NCBI GenBank assembly: GCA_012838425.1
Contig: DUPG01000014.1
Location: forward strand, 65,541-129,540
Source of the DNA: Clostridiales bacterium
GTDB lineage: Bacteria; Bacillota; Clostridia; Christensenellales; CAG-138
DNA length: 64,000 bases
Direction of reading: 5' to 3'
Every line of letters begins with the position of its first letter. Position 1 is the first letter of the stretch. Shown here one piece after another: positions 9,394-17,958 of the stretch. The notes under the pieces are model-generated. The model was not told the DNA's origin, made no database searches, and worked only from the letters and a program-made list of their open reading frames with translations. Position numbers and translations under genes: made by a program.

Positions 9394-10344
9394 TTAAGGA
9401 TTTTCGCAAATATAGATAATGTCTGAAATCTCCCTGCCGCCTTTTGCGGGACTGTTCACTATTTCACCGTTGAAATACATCTGCGCCGACATTCCGCCGT
9501 CAAGATTATACGCGACCTTGCAGCCCAACTCATACATAAGCTGTGAAAGCTCCATAAGGGTCATGCCTTTCGAATCGTTCTCGCCCCTGCCGTCAACCAC
9601 AACAAAGCAGTAATGCCCGGGCTCGTAATATCCTATAGCAGCTCGCGGGTTTTTGGGCTTTACATCTGAATCAAAAGCAGTTTTTGGCTTGCCGCTATTA
9701 TCTAACAGCGCAGGACCAAAAGACCATGCCTGATACGCCCCGTTCTGCAGCTCCTTATATGCGTCTATTTCGTTTTTTGAGAATGTTTTCATCTCTCCGT
9801 TTCTGTATAATACGCATACATCGCGAAACCTCGCGTCTCGATATAAAGTACCGTTCCTTATAACTACGCCTATGTCGCGCGCGCCGTAGTAATCGCCCGT
9901 AATAGCGGCTATGGCGTTATGCTTCTCTGCAATATTAAATGCGGTATCCTTGAAGCCTATGCCGTATTTGTCTTTCGCAAAAGCGGTTTTCAGGCTTTCA
10001 ATATTCCTAATATGAATGTCTTGAACAAAATACACCACACCGTTTTTTTCGTGGCGTTTCAGCTTAATGCTTATGTTTTTGCTCGTGTAGCTGTACCTGT
10101 CAGATATTGTGGCTGTGCTGAAGCCCTCATAGCTCCAGCCCATGCTCGTAGGAGTAGCTAATGGATTTGACGCTTCTGTTTCATTTGGAAAGCTATACGC
10201 AGTCGGCGAAGTAGGGAAAGGGGTAGCAATAGGCGTGCCTTCGCGCGGCATCACATGATGAAAAAGCGCGTAAACAAGCAGACCTATGCCTATAAGCAGA
10301 ATATCAATAAATATAACAAGCAGCCTGCGCTTTCCTGTATCCAT
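9394..10344 (-). CDS. Phosphodiester glycosidase family protein (NAGPA/DUF2233-like), membrane-anchored
   Basis: N-terminal TM helix, then YNLDGGMSAQMYFNGEIVNSP and AIGYYEPGHYCFVVVDGR motifs. Start overlaps the upstream stop (TAATG). Confidence 0.7.
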   Translation of the reverse strand: MDTGKRRLLVIFIDILLIGIGLLVYALFHHVMPREGTPIATPFPTSPTAYSFPNETEASNPLATPTSMGWSYEGFSTATISDRYSYTSKNISIKLKRHEKNGVVYFVQDIHIRNIESLKTAFAKDKYGIGFKDTAFNIAEKHNAIAAITGDYYGARDIGVVIRNGTLYRDARFRDVCVLYRNGEMKTFSKNEIDAYKELQNGAYQAWSFGPALLDNSGKPKTAFDSDVKPKNPRAAIGYYEPGHYCFVVVDGRGENDSKGMTLMELSQLMYELGCKVAYNLDGGMSAQMYFNGEIVNSPAKGGREISDIIYICENP

Positions 10345-11387
10345 TATTCCTCCTTGCGCGTTTTGAACACGACTCTGCTTTGAACCAAGTAATTTACGCA
10401 GAACAATATTGTGCCTGCAATGATTTTCGCAAGCGTTTTATTTATATTCAGCTCAACCATAAGCAATACCAAAAGCGCGTCGGCGCATAGAGTGAATATA
10501 ACCAATATAGCGTATTTTATAAATGCCTTGCCCGTGCTTTCATTGCCTGAAAAAACGAATGTCTTATTCAAAAAGAAGTTTAATGTAGAGCTAATACACC
10601 TTGCTATTACTTCGCTGATAATTATTGATTGCGTTTGTCCCAATGCTATAGTATAGTGCGCGAGCAATGAGAACAAGCCAATATCCAATAAAAAGCACAG
10701 GAAAGATGAAAGCGAATATTTAGCAATGCAGGTGATTATTTTTATAGAATCCTTAAACGGATTGAAATGGCTTGACCTATTGTGGTCTAAATAAATAGTT
10801 TGTATATAGAATTCTCTTATATCCATTCCGTTCCGCGCGGCTTGTATAAGCATATTCATTTCGAATTCGTATCTATTGCCCTTTATTTGCAGGAAATCAT
10901 TAATTCTTGAAGTTGAAAACGCCCGCAGTCCCGTTTGAGTGTCATATACATACTTTCTGTTTGCCAATGCGAATATGTTGCGGGTTATGAAATTGCCAAG
11001 CCTGCTGCGAAGCGGAACTGTTTTATTATCAAAACGCCTGCTGCCCAGTATAAGCGCGTTGGGATACTTAATAAGCTGCTCCTTTGCTTCCAATATAGCT
11101 TCTATTGAATGCTGTCCGTCCGCGTCTGCTGTTATTATCCCGAACACATCAGTAAGGCTTTCGCTTATGTAAGCCAAAGCGGTTCTTATAGCTTGCCCCT
11201 TGCCTTTATTTTCGGCATGTGCAAGTAGGATAACCTGTGCCGGAAGCTGTGAAAAGATACTGTCATACTCCTTGCCGCTACCGTCATTTACAACTACACA
11301 TAAAAGGTCTCTCTCAATCAGCTTTTTGGCAAGCGAAATCAGCTCAAAATCGGGCTTGTATGCGGGAATAACACAAACAAACTTCAT
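10344..11387 (-). CDS. Bifunctional family 2 glycosyltransferase / GtrA-like membrane domain protein
   Basis: N-terminal region reads VIPAYKPD..VVNDGSG..ITADADGQH. The C-terminal ~130 aa has 4 TM helices of GtrA type. ATG 11387 is preferred over TTG 11399. Confidence 0.75.
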   Translation of the reverse strand: MKFVCVIPAYKPDFELISLAKKLIERDLLCVVVNDGSGKEYDSIFSQLPAQVILLAHAENKGKGQAIRTALAYISESLTDVFGIITADADGQHSIEAILEAKEQLIKYPNALILGSRRFDNKTVPLRSRLGNFITRNIFALANRKYVYDTQTGLRAFSTSRINDFLQIKGNRYEFEMNMLIQAARNGMDIREFYIQTIYLDHNRSSHFNPFKDSIKIITCIAKYSLSSFLCFLLDIGLFSLLAHYTIALGQTQSIIISEVIARCISSTLNFFLNKTFVFSGNESTGKAFIKYAILVIFTLCADALLVLLMVELNINKTLAKIIAGTILFCVNYLVQSRVVFKTRKEE

Positions 11388-11482
11388 AATATGCCCCAAG
11401 TTTTTTACTACTTATCATTATACACTTGCCTGGTATTTAATTCAAGCTTAAATGTTATTTATTATTAGAAATATACAATGAT

Positions 11483-12115
11483 TTAGTTTAAGCTGCTCTT
11501 TGCTTTTTCTAAGTAATGTGCCAGCTTGCCGCGTATCCTCTGCAATGCGTTGTCAACGCTTTTTGTGCTCTTTTTCAGCCTTGATGAAATCTCCTTGTAT
11601 GAAAAGCCCTGCAAGAAAAGCTTTAGTACATTCATTTCCAATAACGATAGCATTGCGCTCATGTCTTTGAAGAACTTTTCGGTCTGCTCCTCCTGAATGG
11701 CTAATTCCTCGGGCGAAGGAGTGTTCTTGTCCTCTATCATTTCCATAAGCTGTACTTCGTCATACTCTGTCGTGGGCTTAGCATATAGCGAAATATAGGT
11801 GTTAAGCGGCAAATTCTTGTCAGACGCCGCCTTCTTTATGGCTGTGAATATTGCTCCGGTTACGCAAATGTTCAAGAAGCTGCGAAAGCTTGCCGACTGG
11901 CTTCTGTCAAAGCGTTGTATAGCGTTAAGCAAGCCCCATATACCCTCCTGAACCAAGTCCTCCTTATCCGCGCCCATCAAAAAATAGGGATATGCCTTTG
12001 CGCGTATGAAGCTCTTATATCGCGAATACAGTATATCCTTTGCGTCCTCATTTCCCTTTTGCGCCAATTCGACCAAGTCTTCGTCAGAAAGAGAGTATAG
12101 ATTAGCTGTGTTCAT
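11483..12115 (-). CDS. sigH: Sporulation-initiation sigma factor SigH
   Basis: Collinear with B. subtilis SigH: YKSFIRAKAYPYFLMGADKEDLVQEG, LPLNTYISL, KSVDNALQRIRGKL. Confidence 0.85.
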   Translation of the reverse strand: MNTANLYSLSDEDLVELAQKGNEDAKDILYSRYKSFIRAKAYPYFLMGADKEDLVQEGIWGLLNAIQRFDRSQSASFRSFLNICVTGAIFTAIKKAASDKNLPLNTYISLYAKPTTEYDEVQLMEMIEDKNTPSPEELAIQEEQTEKFFKDMSAMLSLLEMNVLKLFLQGFSYKEISSRLKKSTKSVDNALQRIRGKLAHYLEKAKSSLN

Positions 12116-12132
12116 TGCGTACCTCTATAGCT

Positions 12133-13488
12133 TTATCGTATTTTACCGTTATGTGCATTTACTAATGGTTCAGCTATGTATAGCGCTCTGTTCCTTATAT
12201 CGTTAATGTCCACGCCCTCAAGCATTATGCGAATCAACGGCTCGGTGCCGGATTCCCTCACAAGCACTCTGCCGCTGCCTTTCAGCTCCGCTTCTGTCTT
12301 TTGTATGCGCTTCTGCATTTCAGCGTCATTCATAGCGGCTTTCTTTGAATTTGCATCAACCTCAACATTCAATAGTATTTGCGGATATATGGGAATATCT
12401 TCAGCAAGCTCTGAAAGCGGCTTGTTTTCCGCCTTTACCACATTTAATACCTGTATTGCCGACAACAGCCCATCGCCTGTCGTGTTGTAATCAGAGAATA
12501 TAATATGCCCCGATTGTTCGCCGCCCAAGTTGTAGCCATTCAGGCGCATTTCCTCAAGCACATACCTGTCGCCCACACTCGTCTCAACAGTGTTTATGCC
12601 AAGCTCCTTGAGCTTTAGCTTCAGCCCTATATTCGACATTACGGTACAAACTAATGTGTTCTTAGCCAAACGCCCTGCCTTACTCAAAGCTATAGCACAC
12701 AGCCCCATTATTTTGTCGCCGTCAACAATATTACCATGTTCGTCGCAGGCGATTACCCTGTCCGCGTCGCCATCGAATGCAAAGCCTATGTCTGCCTCGC
12801 ACTCCTGAACAAATCTTTGCAGATTCTCAATATTGGTTGAGCCGCAAGCCCTGTTTATATTGCAGCCATTGGGTTTATTATTGCATACCGAAACTTGTGC
12901 GTTAAGCTTCTTAAATACCTTAGGCGCTACATACGACGCTGCTCCGTTAGCGCAATCCAGCGCGATTCTCATTCCGTTAAGGTCGTATTCGCAGGTAGAG
13001 CACAAGAACTCTATATAGTCGGCTTTTGATCGTTTCAACTCAGTAATTTTACCGATATTTTCGCCTGTGGGACGCTCAAACGGGTGATCCAAAGCCATTA
13101 GCGCTTCAATTTCAGCCTCTAATTCATCTGAAAGCTTGAACCCTGCGTTGTTGAACCACTTTATACCGTTATCCTGCATGGGGTTGTGTGACGCGGAAAT
13201 CATAACCGCGGCGTCGGCGCAATATTTGCGTGTCAAAAAGGGCAGTGCGGGCGTAGGTATAACCCCCGCGTACAGCACATCGCCGCCTACGGAGCATATG
13301 CCGGCTATCAATGCGCAAGCAAGCATATCCTTAGATTTGCGCGTGTCAGAGGCTACAATAATTCTTGGCTTATGTACTTCACTTGTAAGCACATAAGCAC
13401 CGCACATTCCAAGCTTTAACGCTAATTCGGGTGTCAGCAATCCATTTGCAAGCCCCCTTACACCGTCAGTTCCAAACAGCTTTTTCAT
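12133..13488 (-). CDS. glmM: Phosphoglucosamine mutase
   Basis: MKKLFGTDGVRG and the SASHNP phosphoserine loop. ATG 13488 is preferred to the TTG at 13500. Confidence 0.9.
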   Translation of the reverse strand: MKKLFGTDGVRGLANGLLTPELALKLGMCGAYVLTSEVHKPRIIVASDTRKSKDMLACALIAGICSVGGDVLYAGVIPTPALPFLTRKYCADAAVMISASHNPMQDNGIKWFNNAGFKLSDELEAEIEALMALDHPFERPTGENIGKITELKRSKADYIEFLCSTCEYDLNGMRIALDCANGAASYVAPKVFKKLNAQVSVCNNKPNGCNINRACGSTNIENLQRFVQECEADIGFAFDGDADRVIACDEHGNIVDGDKIMGLCAIALSKAGRLAKNTLVCTVMSNIGLKLKLKELGINTVETSVGDRYVLEEMRLNGYNLGGEQSGHIIFSDYNTTGDGLLSAIQVLNVVKAENKPLSELAEDIPIYPQILLNVEVDANSKKAAMNDAEMQKRIQKTEAELKGSGRVLVRESGTEPLIRIMLEGVDINDIRNRALYIAEPLVNAHNGKIR

Positions 13489-13538
13489 TTTTTCTCTCAA
13501 TTATCTCTTATCACTCAATAATCTTTTATTCGCGCAAA

Positions 13539-14471
13539 CTACGCGTTAAGCTCCGTTCTTACGTACTGCATAGCCGAATCGGCGGCAATAGCACCGTCTG
13601 CTACGGCAGTTACAACCTGCCTAAGCGGCGTATTCCTTATGTCGCCAGCCGCGAAAACACCCTTGATATCCGTTCTCATAAGCTCATCGGTTATTATATA
13701 GCCTTCATCTGTAAGCTTCACGCCGGCGGCTTTTACAAACTCGGTATTCGGCATTATTCCTACTGCTACGAATACGCCGTCAACCTCTATTGTGGTTGAT
13801 TCATTAGTTACCTTGTTCAATACCTCAATGCTTGACAGGAATTCATCGCCCATAGCCTTAGTTACGACGGAATCCAATATGAACTCTACATTTGTTTTTG
13901 TATGTATGTTTTCCATAAGCGTTTCAATAGCCCTGAACTCGCTTCTTCTATGAATCACATACACCTTTTCGGCAAAGCGCGACAGGTATATAGCGTCTGA
14001 AATAGCTGTGTTTCCGCCGCCAATTACGGCTGCACGCTTGTTTTTGTATAATGCACCGTCGCATAGCGCGCAGTATGAAACGCCCCTGCCTATAAAATCG
14101 TTTTCATTGGCGAAGCCTGCGGGCTTTGGCGCAGCACCTGCTGTAATAATTATACTCTTTGCGTAGTATTTATTACTGTTTGTTATGATTTGCTTGGTTT
14201 CACCTTCAAGCACCAGACTTGTAACTTTCTCATTCAGTATCACAGCGCCGGCTTTCTTTGCCTGCTTCTCCATCTCCATAGCTAATGTAAAGCCATCGGT
14301 GCCGTTTGAGAAGCCCGGATAATTTGTAAGATGTGTTATGCTTCCCAGCTTTCCTCCGGGTATTATGCCCTCGAATATAACGGTTTTCATGCCGCCCTGC
14401 GCCGAATATAAGCCTGCGGCAAGCCCTGCGGCACCTCCGCCAATAATTGCAATGTCGATTAAATCCGTCAT
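13539..14471 (-). CDS. trxB: Thioredoxin-disulfide reductase
   Basis: IIGGGAAGLAAG FAD motif, redox CALC motif (SYCALCDG), GGGNTA NADPH motif. Confidence 0.85.
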   Translation of the reverse strand: MTDLIDIAIIGGGAAGLAAGLYSAQGGMKTVIFEGIIPGGKLGSITHLTNYPGFSNGTDGFTLAMEMEKQAKKAGAVILNEKVTSLVLEGETKQIITNSNKYYAKSIIITAGAAPKPAGFANENDFIGRGVSYCALCDGALYKNKRAAVIGGGNTAISDAIYLSRFAEKVYVIHRRSEFRAIETLMENIHTKTNVEFILDSVVTKAMGDEFLSSIEVLNKVTNESTTIEVDGVFVAVGIMPNTEFVKAAGVKLTDEGYIITDELMRTDIKGVFAAGDIRNTPLRQVVTAVADGAIAADSAMQYVRTELNA

Positions 14472-14484
14472 TTCCTTCTCCTTA

Positions 14485-14946
14485 TCAATCGTTATTATCT
14501 ATATTTGCCCAGTATATGAGCGCGTCTTCTTTATTATTTGAATAGTATCCGCGTCGTACGCCCTTTTGAACAAAGCCCAACGAAGCGTATAAGGACTTCG
14601 CCACCTCGTTGCTTCTGCGCACCTCAAGCGTCATTCTGCTTGCGCCTAACTGCCTTGCCGTTTCAATCATATGCAGCATGAGCCTGCGCGAATAACCATG
14701 CCCCCTGTATGGCTTGTCTATTGCTACATTCGTAATATGCGCCTCGTCGAACAGCACCCACATTCCCGCATAGCCCGCTACCTGATTGTCAACCTCTATT
14801 ACGGAGTAGTATGCTACATCGTTCGAAAGCTCGCCGCGCAGCGCGTTGAAGCTCCATGGCACCGGAAAGCTTGCAAGCTCTATTTCATGAACTCTTCTCA
14901 GGTCCTGCCTGCGCATCGGGCGAATTGCTACTTCCGGCTCTTCCAT
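14485..14946 (-). CDS. rimI: Ribosomal-protein-alanine N-acetyltransferase
   Basis: GNAT fold (AIDKPYRGHGYSRRLM). Sits in the conserved tsaE-tsaB-rimI order. Confidence 0.8.
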   Translation of the reverse strand: MEEPEVAIRPMRRQDLRRVHEIELASFPVPWSFNALRGELSNDVAYYSVIEVDNQVAGYAGMWVLFDEAHITNVAIDKPYRGHGYSRRLMLHMIETARQLGASRMTLEVRRSNEVAKSLYASLGFVQKGVRRGYYSNNKEDALIYWANIDNND

Positions 14947-14959
14947 ACTACACGCAATA

Positions 14960-15700
14960 TCACTCGAACTGTTCTTCCGGTTCGTCCGGCTCTTCCGGCT
15001 CCTCGGCTTCGGCTTTTATATCCCTCATTCTTTCGGCTTGAGAGGGTCTGAAATATGTAGGCTCAACCTGCGATAGGGCGCAGGATTTATCCTTTTCATA
15101 CAAAGCAAACGCTGCCATGGCTACGCTTACTGCGCAAGGGAAATTGCTTGCGCACAGGTTGTCTTCCTCGTCTTTAATTGCGAATCTTACATAAGGGTGT
15201 GCAAAGTGAATTTTATCTTTATAAGCCAAAGCGCCGTCGCCTATGCAAACACAGTTGCTTGGGATATGGTGTAGCAGCTCCTCGATCGGAGTTGCGCACG
15301 CGGGGAAAATCTCAGAATCCTTATTATATATGGCTGCATATACGCTGTCGTGCTTAGCGTCAATTAGCGCCGCTACTACATCGTATTTGGGAATGCTGTG
15401 TCGCAGCGCCAGCAGCGAGGTAACACCAATAATGGGCTTATTTGCGCCAAAAGCAAGCCCATTTGCAGTGGCGACACCAATGCGCACACCTGTAAATGAG
15501 CCGGGTCCTATATCAACAGCTATTCCGTCTATATCTGAAAGTGAAACATTGTATTCGTTGAGCATTTCATCAATTGCAGGCATTAGGGTTTTTGAATGAC
15601 TCGTACCGCCAAGCTTTTTTGAAGCTACAATCGAATTAGGCATTACCAACGCCGCAGAAGCCTCTGCGCTTGACGATGATATAGCCAGCAATAGTTTCAT
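14960..15700 (-). CDS. tsaB: tRNA t6A37 biosynthesis protein TsaB, with an acidic C-terminal tail
   Basis: Contains DIGPGSFTGVRIGVATANGLA. The C-terminus is EAEEPEEPDEPEEQFE. Confidence 0.85.
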   Translation of the reverse strand: MKLLLAISSSSAEASAALVMPNSIVASKKLGGTSHSKTLMPAIDEMLNEYNVSLSDIDGIAVDIGPGSFTGVRIGVATANGLAFGANKPIIGVTSLLALRHSIPKYDVVAALIDAKHDSVYAAIYNKDSEIFPACATPIEELLHHIPSNCVCIGDGALAYKDKIHFAHPYVRFAIKDEEDNLCASNFPCAVSVAMAAFALYEKDKSCALSQVEPTYFRPSQAERMRDIKAEAEEPEEPDEPEEQFE

Positions 15701-16161
15701 ATTACTGTCTCCTTGAGCACTTCTGTATATGCGGTTCCATGCGGTATGAATATCATAGTCCTGTATTGATTGCCGCTGCCCGAAATATGTATATCCAATC
15801 TCTCCTTCGGCAATGCTTCAAGCACCTTATCTGCCCATTCCAACACCACTACGCCGTTCTTATAGCAGTAATCTAAAAAGCCTATGTCCAATAATTCAGA
15901 TGCGTTTTTCAGTCTGTACGCGTCGAAATGATACAGGGCTAACTCCTTGCCCGAGTATTCTGTAACGAGATTATAGGTAGGGCTTGGCAATACGCCGGTA
16001 ACCCCCATGCCCTCAGCTATTGCGCGTGTCAAAGTAGTTTTCCCGGTGCCCAAGCCGCCGTATAGTGCTATAAAGGCTCCGGGGAAAAGCACTGCACCAA
16101 TCTTCTTTCCTAAGGAAATAGTGTCCCTTTCCAGCATGCAGGGAAGCGTGTATTCGGGCAT
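15697..16161 (-). CDS. tsaE: tRNA t6A37 biosynthesis ATPase TsaE
   Basis: Walker A motif GGLGTGKTT and HFDAYRL motif. ATG 16161 (RBS AAAGGTG) avoids overlapping tgt. Confidence 0.85.
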   Translation of the reverse strand: MPEYTLPCMLERDTISLGKKIGAVLFPGAFIALYGGLGTGKTTLTRAIAEGMGVTGVLPSPTYNLVTEYSGKELALYHFDAYRLKNASELLDIGFLDYCYKNGVVVLEWADKVLEALPKERLDIHISGSGNQYRTMIFIPHGTAYTEVLKETVI

Positions 16162-16192
16162 AAACTCACACACCTTTCTTGTCGTAGCAATT

Positions 16193-17296
16193 TTAATATG
16201 TAACAGAGAGTGCAAAATCGGCTAATGAATCCGATAATATCGCCTCTCTTATACGCTCCATCAAGTTCAAAGTAAACTTTAGGTTATGCAGTGTAATAAG
16301 CTGTGCAGCTAAGATCTCCTCAGCTTTTATCAGGTGGCGAATGTACGCGGCAGTGAAATTTCTGCACGCATAGCAGTCGCAGCTCTCGTCAATGGGCGAA
16401 AAATCGTTTTTATATTCGGCGTTTCTAAGCATCTTCCTGCCCGTTGAGGTAAGCGCTAATCCGTTTCTTGCCGCACGCGTCGGCAGCACGCAGTCAAACA
16501 TATCAATACCGCGCATCACGCCGTTCACCAAGCAGTCGGGACTGCCCACGCCCATAAGATAATGCGGCTTTTCCTTGGGCAGCTCGTCTCTTATGGCTTC
16601 AAGCATTTCGTACATAAGCTCTTTGGGCTCGCCTACGCTAAGTCCGCCCACAGCCACTCCGAAAAAGTCCATATCCGTAATAGCTTTTGTGCTTTCTAAG
16701 CGCAAATCCTTATACATTCCGCCCTGTATAATGCCAAACAATGCTTGGTCATCGCGCTTGTGAGCTGTTTTGCACCGCTTTGCCCATTCGTGAGTGCGCT
16801 TCATTGCCTGCTCGGTGTATTCCCTTGAAGCAGGGTAGGGGGCGCATTCGTCGAACGCCATAATTATATCCGCGCCGAGATTCTCCTGAATCTCTATTGC
16901 CTTTTCGGGTGTGAAATAATGCTTGCTCCCGTCTAAATGAGAGCGAAACTCTACACCGTCGTCAGTAATCCTGTTAGTATCTCCTAAGCTGAATACCTGA
17001 AAGCCGCCGCTGTCAGTCAATATAGGTCTGTCCCACGACATAAAGCTGTGGAGCCCGCCGGCGCTCCTTACAAGCGCGTCGCCGGGGCGCAGGTATAGGT
17101 GATATGTGTTTGAAAGTATTATCTCTGCGCCTATATCGGCTAAATCCTTAGGCATCACAGCCTTTACGGTAGCTTGCGTGCCAACCGGCATGAAGCAAGG
17201 AGTCTTTATAATGCCGTGCGGTGTTGTCAACACTCCAAGCCTTGCGCCTGTCTGCCTGCATTCTTTTAACAGCTTAAAGCTAAACCCGTTTGGCAT
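16193..17296 (-). CDS. tgt: Queuine tRNA-ribosyltransferase (tRNA-guanine transglycosylase)
   Basis: [21 protein letters not shown], and zinc site CDCYAC..H. Confidence 0.95.
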   Translation of the reverse strand: MPNGFSFKLLKECRQTGARLGVLTTPHGIIKTPCFMPVGTQATVKAVMPKDLADIGAEIILSNTYHLYLRPGDALVRSAGGLHSFMSWDRPILTDSGGFQVFSLGDTNRITDDGVEFRSHLDGSKHYFTPEKAIEIQENLGADIIMAFDECAPYPASREYTEQAMKRTHEWAKRCKTAHKRDDQALFGIIQGGMYKDLRLESTKAITDMDFFGVAVGGLSVGEPKELMYEMLEAIRDELPKEKPHYLMGVGSPDCLVNGVMRGIDMFDCVLPTRAARNGLALTSTGRKMLRNAEYKNDFSPIDESCDCYACRNFTAAYIRHLIKAEEILAAQLITLHNLKFTLNLMERIREAILSDSLADFALSVTY

Positions 17297-17442
17297 TTAC
17301 TAACTTCGCCATTCGCATAAAGCGAAAAATGGCGATTTTCCCCCTATACTAATATGGTTCTATTCTATCAAACAAGTGTATAAAAAGCAACATTTTTTTA
17401 TCTTAGCATAAGTCAAATGTAATTGTTGGAAAAACTACGCTA

Positions 17443-17470
17443 TAAAAAAAGAAAACCCGATCGGATTTTC
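17443..17470 (-). terminator. Rho-independent terminator after the rho operon
   Basis: Minus strand reads gaaaatccga/tcgggttttc hairpin followed by TTTTTTT. Confidence 0.7.
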
Positions 17471-17487
17471 TTCTTGAGCATAGCTGC

Positions 17488-17958
17488 TTATTTTAGTTTT
17501 ATAGGAATGAACACTTCCATTTGCGCCCAGCCCTGCTTATTTATCACTTCCTGAGGTGTTATAATATGCCCCATAGAATAGTGATTCTCCCGTACATCAA
17601 GCTCGAACACTTCAGAGCTTCTGATGTACTCAAGTGCCTCGTTATACAGCTTGTCGTGCTCCGTGTCGTCGCCGTCAACGTAAGCGAATGTCAGGTAGTA
17701 GCCGCCGTCGAAGTCAACAACCTCATAATTCTCAGTATCCAAGCCCTCAAATATGGCATACCACCAAACCATTCCCTGCTTCTCCTCATCGAAGAAAAGG
17801 AAATCGCGCGGCATAAAGCTATATCTGTCAGGCGGCGTAATCTTCGAAAAATACTCGTTAAACTTCCCCAACACCCCGTTTTCCGAGAAGTCAAACTCTG
17901 TATCCACGCCTGACGATACTGCTGAAAAAGGAGGCAAGTAAACTATTCTGAAATTCAT
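17488..17958 (-). CDS. GyrI-like / effector-binding-domain family small protein (tentative)
   Basis: 156-aa cytosolic protein. The Y/F/W-rich pattern resembles SOUL/GyrI-like ligand-binding folds. Its start overlaps the rho stop (ATGA). Confidence 0.4.
   Translation of the reverse strand: MNFRIVYLPPFSAVSSGVDTEFDFSENGVLGKFNEYFSKITPPDRYSFMPRDFLFFDEEKQGMVWWYAIFEGLDTENYEVVDFDGGYYLTFAYVDGDDTEHDKLYNEALEYIRSSEVFELDVRENHYSMGHIITPQEVINKQGWAQMEVFIPIKLK

Noticed and set aside
16162-16215. Longer tsaE start at 16215.
   Set aside because: It would overlap the tgt 3' end by 23 nt and add a non-conserved, non-TsaE N-terminus. ATG 16161 has an RBS.
17306-17335. Long hairpin (tcgccatt...aatggcga) just upstream of tgt, considered as a preQ1 riboswitch or attenuator.
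   Set aside because: It has no preQ1-I/II/III consensus. On the tgt (minus) strand no U-tract follows it. The T-run lies on the plus strand, where nothing is transcribed towards it. Its function is undetermined.
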